The notes below the pieces were generated by a model. The model had not been told where the DNA came from, made no database searches, and saw only the letters and a list, made by a program, of their open reading frames with translations. A stretch of 64,000 nt of DNA from Spirochaetota bacterium (lineage in GTDB: Bacteria; Spirochaetota; UBA4802; UBA5550): contig DAONFJ010000005.1 in NCBI GenBank assembly GCA_035403545.1, positions 3,629-67,628 of the forward strand, written 5' to 3'. A program made the translations under genes and the position numbers. Shown here piece by piece: positions 56,427 to 64,000 of the stretch. Position 1 is the first letter of the stretch. The number at the start of each line of letters is the position of its first letter.

Positions 56427-57785
56427 CTATTTTATGAGCCCGGCAAAATATTTATAGATCATTTCATTTTTTTCTACTGAATCAGCTTCTGTTATAATCC
56501 TGAAAATCGGTTCCGTGTTAGAAGACCGCAGATGAACCCAGCCATTTTTAAACTTTTCATTTTTGATAAAATCTATTCTTAATCCGTCAATACTGGATAT
56601 TTTTTCACCTTTGAATTGGTTTTTAATTTTATCTAAAATCCCGTTCACATCAGATTTTGCGCCGAGGGTTACTTTTCCTTTTTTCATGTAGTACTCCGGC
56701 ATATCTTTCATAATCTCGGATATTTTTTTCTTTTTAGATGACATCATTTCAAGTATATATGCAATTCCGGCCAGGCTGTCACGGCCCAGATGAACTTCCG
56801 GTGAGATCACTCCCCCATTCCCTTCACCGCCGATCAGTGCTTCTCTTTTTTTCATCTCTTCAACAACGTTGATTTCTCCTACTTTTGCTCTGAAAAACGG
56901 TACTTTATATTTTAAGGCAACATCTTCAACCGCTCTTGTTGTTGAGAGGTTCACTACAACGCTTCCCTTTTTTCTCGCAAGAATATGATCTGCAACAAGT
57001 GCGATTGTATATTCCTCACCCAGAGGTTTGCCATTTTCGTCAACTATTGCAAGCCTGTCAGCATCAGGATCCTGAGCAAATCCTATATCCGCTTTATTTT
57101 TTATCACAGCTTCAGACAGCTGTTTGAGATTTTCAGGAAGAGGTTCTGCGCCACGGGGAAACAGTCCGTCGGGAGTGCAGTTGATCTCGGTTACTTTACA
57201 GTTAAGCTGCCTGAGGAAGTCCGGTGTGATAATTGAACCTGCGCCATTTACTGAATCGAGAACTACATGGAGTTTGCTTTCTCTGATTTTTTTGGAATCA
57301 ATTATTTTAAATATTCTTTTGAGATGTATCTCGCCGGCATTATTATTTTTTGTAAGTTTACCCATTTTATCCCATCTCCGGAAGGAAACAGGTGCGTCCA
57401 TATATTTGAAAAGTTTTTTTATTTCCGCCGGAGTAAGAAATGTCCCGTGACTGTTTATAAGTTTAAGAGCATTCCACTCCACAGGATTATGAGAAGCGGA
57501 TAAAACAATGCCTCCGGCAGCGTTCAGTTCCTCCACCATTACCTGAACTGTAGGAGTTGGAACAATACCTATATCTACAACATTACATCCGGCAAGAAGA
57601 AGTACTGATACGAGATTCATCGAAACAGCTTCTCCTGTAGGACGTGAGTCTCTTCCGACTACAACAGTGCCATAATTAGTAAATTTTGCAAACGCGGAAC
57701 CGGCAGATGCCAGAAGTTCCGGAGTAAAACTCTCTCCGACAATACCTCTTATGCCTGATACACTTTTCATCAAAGGAGATTTCAT
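56427..57785 (-). CDS. glmM: Phosphoglucosamine mutase (alpha-D-phosphohexomutase family, FCB-type)
   Basis: SGIRGIVGE, active-site LSASHNPVEWNALKL, metal loop AQDPDADR and GGEGNGG. The ATG abuts the secA stop (TAAATG). Confidence 0.75.
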   Translation of the reverse strand: MKSPLMKSVSGIRGIVGESFTPELLASAGSAFAKFTNYGTVVVGRDSRPTGEAVSMNLVSVLLLAGCNVVDIGIVPTPTVQVMVEELNAAGGIVLSASHNPVEWNALKLINSHGTFLTPAEIKKLFKYMDAPVSFRRWDKMGKLTKNNNAGEIHLKRIFKIIDSKKIRESKLHVVLDSVNGAGSIITPDFLRQLNCKVTEINCTPDGLFPRGAEPLPENLKQLSEAVIKNKADIGFAQDPDADRLAIVDENGKPLGEEYTIALVADHILARKKGSVVVNLSTTRAVEDVALKYKVPFFRAKVGEINVVEEMKKREALIGGEGNGGVISPEVHLGRDSLAGIAYILEMMSSKKKKISEIMKDMPEYYMKKGKVTLGAKSDVNGILDKIKNQFKGEKISSIDGLRIDFIKNEKFKNGWVHLRSSNTEPIFRIITEADSVEKNEMIYKYFAGLIK

Positions 57786-60515
57786 TTAACTTCTCCTGCT
57801 TCTTCTTGATTTTTTTCTTTTAACTCCGCCTTCTGTGACTCTCTCTTCAGTCTTATTCTTTTTGTCTGATGACTGCTGAACAGGGATTCCGCCTGAACCG
57901 AATTGATCCACCTCGGCGTGAAATTCGCTGCCAACAGGAATGTGTGAAGCCGGAAGCTCTTCTTCAACTCTGCGTATTTCAACTTTCATGAGGAACTCAA
58001 TTATATCCTCTTTCAGGCTTCCTATCATTTCAGTGAAAATGCTTGAGCCTTCAATCTTGTATTCAACAAGAGGATTTTTCTCGCCATATCCCATTGCCCA
58101 GATTCCGTCTCTGAGCTGGTCCATTGCGAGAAGGTGATCTCTCCATTTGTTATCAACTACCTGAAGAGATATGAGTCTTTCAATTATTCTCATATCTTCA
58201 GATCCGTTTTTCTCTTCACGTAATTTATAGAGTGACTTTACTTTATTCTCGAGAGCATCAATAAAATCATTATAACTCAGTTCAACCGGATTGATTTCTT
58301 CATAATCGAGGTCTGCCGTAAATTTCTGTTTAAACCACGTTTTCAGGCCGTCAAGATCCCACTGTTCAGGATGTCTCATACCCATAGAGAAAAATTCCAC
58401 TTTTCTTTCTATGACATCAGTAAGGTAACCCTTGACTTCTTCAGATATATCAACTCCATCGAGCAGCTCATTTCTCTTTTTGTAAACATAAGTTCTCTGC
58501 GCATTCATAACGTCATCATATTCAAGAAGATGTTTTCTTATTTCAAAGTTTCTTCCTTCAACACGTTTCTGTGCACTTGCGATTGCCTTGGAAACCATGG
58601 GGCTTTCAATTTCCTGCCCTTCCTCCATTCCAAGCCTGTCCATAACCTTGCTTATTCTTTCAGATCCGAAGATCCGCATAAGCTCATCTTCAAGTGAAAG
58701 ATAAAATCTTGAGGAACCGGGGTCGCCCTGTCTTCCTGATCGTCCTCTCAGCTGATTATCAATCCTTCGTGCTTCATGCCGCTCAGTACCGAGAATATGG
58801 AGCCCGCCCGCTGCAACTACTTTTTCATGGTTTTTAATCCATTCCCGGCCGTTCTTTATAATCAGGAGTGCTTTATTCTTATCCTGTCCAATCATTTGTT
58901 CCGTAATTTTTTCGGCTTCGTCAAAATCGGAAACCATAATTTTTAATTTAAAATTTTCCCAGAGCTCCTTGTTCTGTACCGCTTTATGCGATTCCATGTC
59001 ATCATTATAGGATTTCTTGCCTCCCAGAACAATGTCTGTACCACGGCCTGCCATATTTGTCGCGATTGTAACAGCACCCGGCCTTCCCGCTTCAGCGACA
59101 ATCTGTGCTTCCTTTTCATGATACTTTGCGTTCAATACATTATGTATAATACCCTTTGATTTAAGCAGGTTGGAAAGTTTTTCAGATTTTTCAATTGAGA
59201 TTGTACCAACGAGAATAGGCCTTCCCTTGGCACTGAATTCGTTTATCTCCGCAGCAATCGCGTTGTATTTTTCTCTTTCAGTTTTATAGACACGGTCCGG
59301 ACGGTCATTCCTTATAAGGGGAAGGTTCGTCGGGATAACTGCGACATCAAGTCCGTAGATATTTTTAAACTCAACAGATTCTGTCTCTGCCGTTCCTGTC
59401 ATACCTGAAAGTTTTTTGTACATCCTGAAATAATTCTGGAATGTTATTGATGCGAGAGTCTGGCTCTCTCTTGCAACTGTTACATTTTCTTTTGCTTCAA
59501 GTGCCTGGTGAAGGCCGTCAGAGAATCTTCTTCCCGGCATAAGTCTTCCGGTGAACTCATCTACAATTATAACCTGTCCGTCTTTCACGATGTAATCGAT
59601 GTCGCGATTAAAAACAAGGTGAGCTTTTAAAGCCTGGTTGATATGATGTATAGTATCAATATGTTTGTTGTCATAGAGGTTTTCGATTTTCAGCATACGT
59701 TCAATATGAGCTACCCCTTCCTCTGTAAGAGTGGCATTTTTATCTTTTTCATTTACCTCGTAATCAATTTTATCTTTCAGCTGAGGAATAATTTTATTGA
59801 TCTGAATATATTTTTTTGTGGATTCTTCAACGGAACCGGAAATAATAAGAGGAGTTCTTGATTCATCTATAAGGATTGAGTCAACCTCATCCACGATACA
59901 GTAATTAAGATGGCGCTGAACTTTCAGGCTTCTATGTTCAACCATATTATCCCGGAGGTAGTCAAAACCGAATTCATTGTTAGTCCCATAAGTAATATCG
60001 CAGCCGTATGCTTTCTGTCTTTCAATCGGCCCAAGGTGATGCTGTACTATGCCAAAATTTAAACCAAGATATCTGTATATCGGGCCCATCCACTCCGCGT
60101 CACGTTTTGCAAGATAATCATTTACCGTAACGACATGCACACCTTTGCCTGTAAGAGCGTTCAGGTAAATAGGACAAGTAGCCACAAGAGTTTTACCTTC
60201 ACCGGTTTTCATCTCGGCTATCTGCCCTTTATGGAGGACAACTCCTCCCATCATCTGAACATCGAAATGTCTCATGCCGAGTGTTCTTATAGAAGCTTCC
60301 CTTACCATCGCGTATGCTTCAGGAAGGATTGAATCAAGAGATTCACCTTTTTCAATTCTTGATTTAAACTCAGCTGTTTTAGAAAGCATCTCATCATGAG
60401 TCATTGCGGAGACGGTGTTTTCAAGAGCATTGATTCTATCAGCATAGGGCTGAAGTTTTTTTCTATCGCGTTCCGGTTTTGTTCCGAATATTGTATTTAG
60501 TATTATTTCAAGCAT
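57786..60515 (-). CDS. secA: Preprotein translocase ATPase SecA
   Basis: MKTGEGKTLV Walker A, DEVDSILIDE DEAD-like box, TNMAGRGTDI, GGLHILGTERHEARRIDNQLRGRSGRQGDPG. Confidence 0.97.
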   Translation of the reverse strand: MLEIILNTIFGTKPERDRKKLQPYADRINALENTVSAMTHDEMLSKTAEFKSRIEKGESLDSILPEAYAMVREASIRTLGMRHFDVQMMGGVVLHKGQIAEMKTGEGKTLVATCPIYLNALTGKGVHVVTVNDYLAKRDAEWMGPIYRYLGLNFGIVQHHLGPIERQKAYGCDITYGTNNEFGFDYLRDNMVEHRSLKVQRHLNYCIVDEVDSILIDESRTPLIISGSVEESTKKYIQINKIIPQLKDKIDYEVNEKDKNATLTEEGVAHIERMLKIENLYDNKHIDTIHHINQALKAHLVFNRDIDYIVKDGQVIIVDEFTGRLMPGRRFSDGLHQALEAKENVTVARESQTLASITFQNYFRMYKKLSGMTGTAETESVEFKNIYGLDVAVIPTNLPLIRNDRPDRVYKTEREKYNAIAAEINEFSAKGRPILVGTISIEKSEKLSNLLKSKGIIHNVLNAKYHEKEAQIVAEAGRPGAVTIATNMAGRGTDIVLGGKKSYNDDMESHKAVQNKELWENFKLKIMVSDFDEAEKITEQMIGQDKNKALLIIKNGREWIKNHEKVVAAGGLHILGTERHEARRIDNQLRGRSGRQGDPGSSRFYLSLEDELMRIFGSERISKVMDRLGMEEGQEIESPMVSKAIASAQKRVEGRNFEIRKHLLEYDDVMNAQRTYVYKKRNELLDGVDISEEVKGYLTDVIERKVEFFSMGMRHPEQWDLDGLKTWFKQKFTADLDYEEINPVELSYNDFIDALENKVKSLYKLREEKNGSEDMRIIERLISLQVVDNKWRDHLLAMDQLRDGIWAMGYGEKNPLVEYKIEGSSIFTEMIGSLKEDIIEFLMKVEIRRVEEELPASHIPVGSEFHAEVDQFGSGGIPVQQSSDKKNKTEERVTEGGVKRKKSRRSRRS

Positions 60516-60595
60516 ATCTATATCCTGTATTTTATATTAATTTTGATGTTTCATGCGATTATTTATTCGTGTGCAGATGTTTAATGTTTGTATAC

Positions 60596-60624
60596 ATACT
60601 TCAAGTTCATGTTACAATTATCAA
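60596..60624 (-). promoter_or_regulatory. Candidate sigma-70 promoter for secA
   Basis: On the minus strand: TTGATA (60624-60619), a 17-nt spacer, then AAGTAT (60601-60596). It lies about 80 nt upstream of the secA ATG. Motif match only. Confidence 0.25.
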
Positions 60625-60660
60625 GAAATTATTTTATTAAGCATATGTTTTTGTTAAATA

Positions 60661-61770
60661 TTATTTTAATCTAAAAATATTAGAAATACACTGTTTTAAT
60701 TCGTCAATACCGGCCGCAGTTTTAGCTGACCCGGTTATTGATTCAGGATATTTGTGTTTAACAAGGTTAATTACATTTTCTGTCGCAGCATCAGTTTTAT
60801 TAAAAAAAAGAATAACCGGTTTACCTTCGATCTTCAGCTGAACAAGTTCGTTCTCTACAGTTTTCAAATTGGATTCAAGATCAGGGGCATTTATATCAAC
60901 TACATGAATTATAAAATCAGAATTTTCTATATCTTCAAGTGTTGACCTGAATGATTCTATCAGGTTGGCCGGAAGATTCTGAATAAAACCGACAGTATCT
61001 GTTAAAAGGATTCCTATTTCGGGAGTAATGTAAACTGATCTTGTATAGGAATCTAGTGTTGCAAAAAGCCGGTCTTCCACAAACAGGTCATCTTTTGCCA
61101 GAAGGTTTATCAGTGTTGATTTACCGGCATTTGTGTAGCCTACAACTGCTCCGAGAAATTTATTATTCCGGGCGTTCCTGGTTCTTCTTCTGTGTTCCTC
61201 ATATTTTTTAAGTTTATCCTTGAGTACGTCTATTCTTCTCAAAATGTGTCTTTTGTCAGTTTCGAGCATTGCCTCGCCGGGCCCTCTTGTTCCAATTCCT
61301 CCACCAAGACGGGACAGTACTCCTCCGAGTCCTTTGAGCCTCGGAAGGATATATTTTAATTGCGCTAATTCAACCTGGATTTTAGACTCTGCACTTCTTG
61401 CTCTTCTGGCGAAGATATCAAGTATAACTTCGTTCCTTCCAATCACGCGGCATTTTAATTTTTCTTCAAGATTACGTATCTGTGCAGGACGTATATTTGC
61501 AAGATCAAACACTATAAGTTTGAGTTCTTTCTCTTCAATAATTTTTTTTACAATATCAATATATCCTGTACCGAAGATATAAGCAGGATCTAAAGCATCA
61601 CGTTTTATTGTAATTGAGTCGACAATCACAGCCCCGGCGGTTTTAACAAGAAGTTTAAGTTCATCAAGGGAGTAATCTGCTTTTTCTCTGTTTTCACCTT
61701 TAATATGTAGTGATATTAAAAGTGCTCTTTCATCTTTCGATGAAGCTATTCGGTTTACTGAGGCATCCAT
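60661..61770 (-). CDS. hflX: GTPase HflX
   Basis: HflX N-domain (ELAQLKYILPRL...GPGE..LE.DRR), G1 GYTNAGKSTL, G3 DTVGF and G4 NKTD. The 5' end overlaps the upstream gene by 41 nt. Confidence 0.9.
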   Translation of the reverse strand: MDASVNRIASSKDERALLISLHIKGENREKADYSLDELKLLVKTAGAVIVDSITIKRDALDPAYIFGTGYIDIVKKIIEEKELKLIVFDLANIRPAQIRNLEEKLKCRVIGRNEVILDIFARRARSAESKIQVELAQLKYILPRLKGLGGVLSRLGGGIGTRGPGEAMLETDKRHILRRIDVLKDKLKKYEEHRRRTRNARNNKFLGAVVGYTNAGKSTLINLLAKDDLFVEDRLFATLDSYTRSVYITPEIGILLTDTVGFIQNLPANLIESFRSTLEDIENSDFIIHVVDINAPDLESNLKTVENELVQLKIEGKPVILFFNKTDAATENVINLVKHKYPESITGSAKTAAGIDELKQCISNIFRLK

Positions 61771-62212
61771 TAAATTCTATCTTCGTTCCGGTTTTTATTT
61801 TATGTCTGCTGAACCAACCGAGGTTAACTTCAAGTGCAAACATTGCAGGTTTTATAGAATTATATGTTACTGAGACGTCAAGTGGTTTCATATGATATAT
61901 TTCATTTATTATACCGTTTCTATCGATATAAGCGATATCAAGAGGTATTAGTGTATTTTTCATCCAGAAATTAAGTTTTTTCTCTCTTTCGAAAACAAAA
62001 AGCATTCCTTCGTTTTCATTTAGCGATTCCCTGTACATCAGCCCTTTTTCTCTTTCGGAGTCAGAATCTGCTATTTCCGCATTAAGTTTTATTCTGGTTC
62101 CGTTCCCTGAATGGAGATATATAAGACATTTTTTATTCAGAGGAGCAGCAAAAACCGCAACGAATATGAAAATAAAAAAAGCTGTCAGGCAACTGTTTCT
62201 AAAACTCCCCAT
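61730..62212 (-). CDS. DUF192-family secreted protein (COG1430)
   Basis: Signal peptide, then EIADSDSEREKGLMYR...GMLFVF...FWMKNTLIPLDIAYID...ALEVNLGW, the DUF192 pattern. Confidence 0.65.
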   Translation of the reverse strand: MGSFRNSCLTAFFIFIFVAVFAAPLNKKCLIYLHSGNGTRIKLNAEIADSDSEREKGLMYRESLNENEGMLFVFEREKKLNFWMKNTLIPLDIAYIDRNGIINEIYHMKPLDVSVTYNSIKPAMFALEVNLGWFSRHKIKTGTKIEFNGCLSKPNSFIER

Positions 62213-62954
62213 GATATTCGATCCTGATTATTCTGTTAGGCTTCTGGTCATCCTGCATTATTACGGCAATTTCAAAACCAACGTGATCAAAGTAATTATA
62301 TTTTAATCCAACATTATAGAGCCACTCGTCGTTATCTCTGAAATTCCAGTAGACTCTCTCCATCTCAACCTGGAATCTGAAGAATTCACCAAGCGGAATA
62401 TCAAGAGATGCAAAATAAGATGTATTTTCCGGTTTATAATATGGCTGGGTAGGAGTTCTTATGCCTGCACTTAGAAACTGTTCTGAATCCAGCAGATATA
62501 TTGAACCGGTAAGAACGAAATACGGGCCATATATGACCCTGTTCAGTTCATTATCGGTATTCTCTTCTACTCCGTCATAGCCGACATAAAATGAATCGTA
62601 ACCGGCTGCAAGCACAATAGGAAATACCTCCCATCCGTCATTGAACTTTACTTTTCCGATTACCCCGGGAACATTAAACTTTGGATCATCCCTGCCGATT
62701 GCGCTCTGAACATCAACGGAAACTCCAAGATAAAAAATATCATGCAGGCCGAGAAAAGTTTTTAATTCCATCCCGCCGTTATCGTATTCCAGGAATGAAA
62801 GCTTATAAGTACCTTTTGCTATGGTAAAAGCCGTCGGCGTGTCTATAACAACTGTCTGTTTCCCCTGTGCAAAAGAGTATCTGGGGATAATAATATTGAG
62901 AATGAGCAGAATCAGTATATTCAGCCTGAATAAAAATTTCATAAAGGGTACCAT
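62199..62954 (-). CDS. Putative outer-membrane beta-barrel protein
   Basis: Signal peptide ending SFAQG, alternating aromatic/hydrophilic strands, and a C-terminal Phe (YHGEF). No family recognised. Confidence 0.45.
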   Translation of the reverse strand: MVPFMKFLFRLNILILLILNIIIPRYSFAQGKQTVVIDTPTAFTIAKGTYKLSFLEYDNGGMELKTFLGLHDIFYLGVSVDVQSAIGRDDPKFNVPGVIGKVKFNDGWEVFPIVLAAGYDSFYVGYDGVEENTDNELNRVIYGPYFVLTGSIYLLDSEQFLSAGIRTPTQPYYKPENTSYFASLDIPLGEFFRFQVEMERVYWNFRDNDEWLYNVGLKYNYFDHVGFEIAVIMQDDQKPNRIIRIEYHGEF

Positions 62955-63032
62955 GAATAATGTTTTCTTATTCTATCGGCTGATTCACAGATTAAATATA
63001 TTATATTTTATCATGCGCGCAGCAGTCAGGAA

Positions 63033-63746
63033 TCAGTATAAATTCTGAACTGCTATAAGCTCGCGGATACCGGTTTCTGCAGCCTTAAGCATTTCATCAA
63101 GCTGTATCCTTGAAAAAGAAGCCTGTTCGCCTGTTCCCTGTATCTCTATGAATTCGAGGTTTCCGTTCATCACTATATTCATGTCGACATCTGCTTTGGA
63201 ATCTTTTTCATAATCGAGGTCGAGGTGAACAACATTATCAATAACACCAACAGAAATAGCTGCTATATTTGAAATAAGAGGATTTTCCTGAATAAGCCCT
63301 TCCCGAAGCATCCTGTCAACGGCCAGTTTCATTGCGATATAACCGCCTGTAATAGAAGCAGTTCTGGTGCCTCCATCTGCCTGTATAACGTCACAATCAA
63401 CGTATATAGAGTATCCCGGTATTTTCCCCAGATCTATCCCCGCCCGGAGAGATCTCCCTATAAGTCTCTGTATCTCTACAGAACGTCCGTCACGCTTCAT
63501 AAAGTCTCTTTTGGTTCTGGAGGATGTTGAATACGGAAGCATCGTATATTCAGCGGAGAGCCAGCCTTTATTCTTTTTTTTTGCATGTTCAGGAACATCG
63601 TCGGCAATATTAACAGCACATATTACTTTCGTGTCGCCCATACCGAAAAGAACTGACCCGTAAGCATTTTTACAAAAATCTTTTTGAACAGTAATTTCTC
63701 TAGTAGAGAAACTCTCCTCTTTCTTCACTTTTTTTGAGTTCATCAT
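63033..63746 (-). CDS. rph: Ribonuclease PH
   Basis: AYGSVLFGMGDTKVICAV, DGRSVEIQRLIGRSLR, VDCDVIQADGGTRTASITG. Confidence 0.92.
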   Translation of the reverse strand: MMNSKKVKKEESFSTREITVQKDFCKNAYGSVLFGMGDTKVICAVNIADDVPEHAKKKNKGWLSAEYTMLPYSTSSRTKRDFMKRDGRSVEIQRLIGRSLRAGIDLGKIPGYSIYVDCDVIQADGGTRTASITGGYIAMKLAVDRMLREGLIQENPLISNIAAISVGVIDNVVHLDLDYEKDSKADVDMNIVMNGNLEFIEIQGTGEQASFSRIQLDEMLKAAETGIRELIAVQNLY

Positions 63747-63999
63747 CCAGTTCCTTATTTTTTTCTTTGAGTTTTTTTATTTCTTCCAGGTCTTTTATTT
63801 TTCTATCTATATTCTTATGGTAGGGATTGTAATCTTTAACAGTATTAAATTCATCGATCGCGGAGTCAAGGTCATCGGCGACAAAGTGTTTAATTCCTTT
63901 TTTATAGTGAACTTCCGCTTTGAGTTTATCTCCGACAGTAATAACCTTTGGTATAAGTTTAACAGTAACGCTTAAGGAATAAACAGGCCCGAAAATTCC
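63700..63999 (-). CDS. 3' end of an unidentified CDS entering from beyond the window (99 codons + TAG)
   Basis: My own translation of the minus strand from 63999 gives GIFGPVYSLSVTVKLIPK...KGIKHFVADDLDSAIDEFNTVKDYNPYH...EERGEFLY*. It has no internal Met, so it is absent from the ORF track. Its TAG is at 63702-63700, overlapping the rph start by 47 nt. Confidence 0.5.
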   Translation of the reverse strand, partial: GIFGPVYSLSVTVKLIPKVITVGDKLKAEVHYKKGIKHFVADDLDSAIDEFNTVKDYNPYHKNIDRKIKDLEEIKKLKEKNKELDDELKKSEERGEFLY

Positions 64000-64000
64000 A

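Noticed and set aside
1-64000. Window-wide look for CRISPR arrays, tandem or dispersed DNA repeats, IS elements, integrases, tRNA/rRNA genes, toxin-antitoxin pairs and defence-island genes.
   Set aside because: Nothing was recognisable by eye. No transposase, integrase or phage motifs appear in any translated ORF, and no GC-rich cloverleaf-sized segments appear in the spacers. A computational repeat search and a tRNAscan/Infernal scan were not possible here, so short or diverged elements cannot be excluded.

Overview
This is an AT-rich (roughly one-third GC by eye), densely coding chromosomal segment from a diderm bacterium. I call about 55 CDS. I saw no rRNA, tRNA, CRISPR array, transposase, integrase or phage genes. 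All calls come from reading the supplied translations against remembered family motifs; no searches were run. Most genes are housekeeping: NIF3/Zn-ribbon/RNase-H-like/recJ, ispF, cinA, argS, folC, dnaG-rpoD, purL-purQ, nnr, slyD, secA-glmM, hflX and rph. The FCB-type GlmM signature (SASHNPVEWNALKL) hints at a Fibrobacteres-Chlorobi-Bacteroidetes-like lineage, but I cannot verify this. The main accessory block is a complete 12-gene type II secretion cluster, gspC to gspN, at 16.7-28.6 kb. Its GspE ATPase carries what looks like a tandem MshEN c-di-GMP-binding motif. The most unusual content is a lipid/isoprenoid-flavoured stretch directly downstream (28.6-36.1 kb). It contains an intact IspH fused in frame to a polytopic UbiA-like prenyltransferase domain, a DAG-kinase-fold lipid kinase, and a GpsA fused to a PlsB-like acyltransferase domain whose catalytic His appears lost. 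Other oddities include an ArgRS whose HIGH signature reads NVVS, an HTH-fused RNase-H-like protein lacking the first catalytic Asp, and a RecJ with a ~110-aa insertion. There is also a large-type FGAM synthase split into two genes, a lipoprotein with four PPC-like repeats, and a GC-elevated 316-bp spacer upstream of the T2SS operon.
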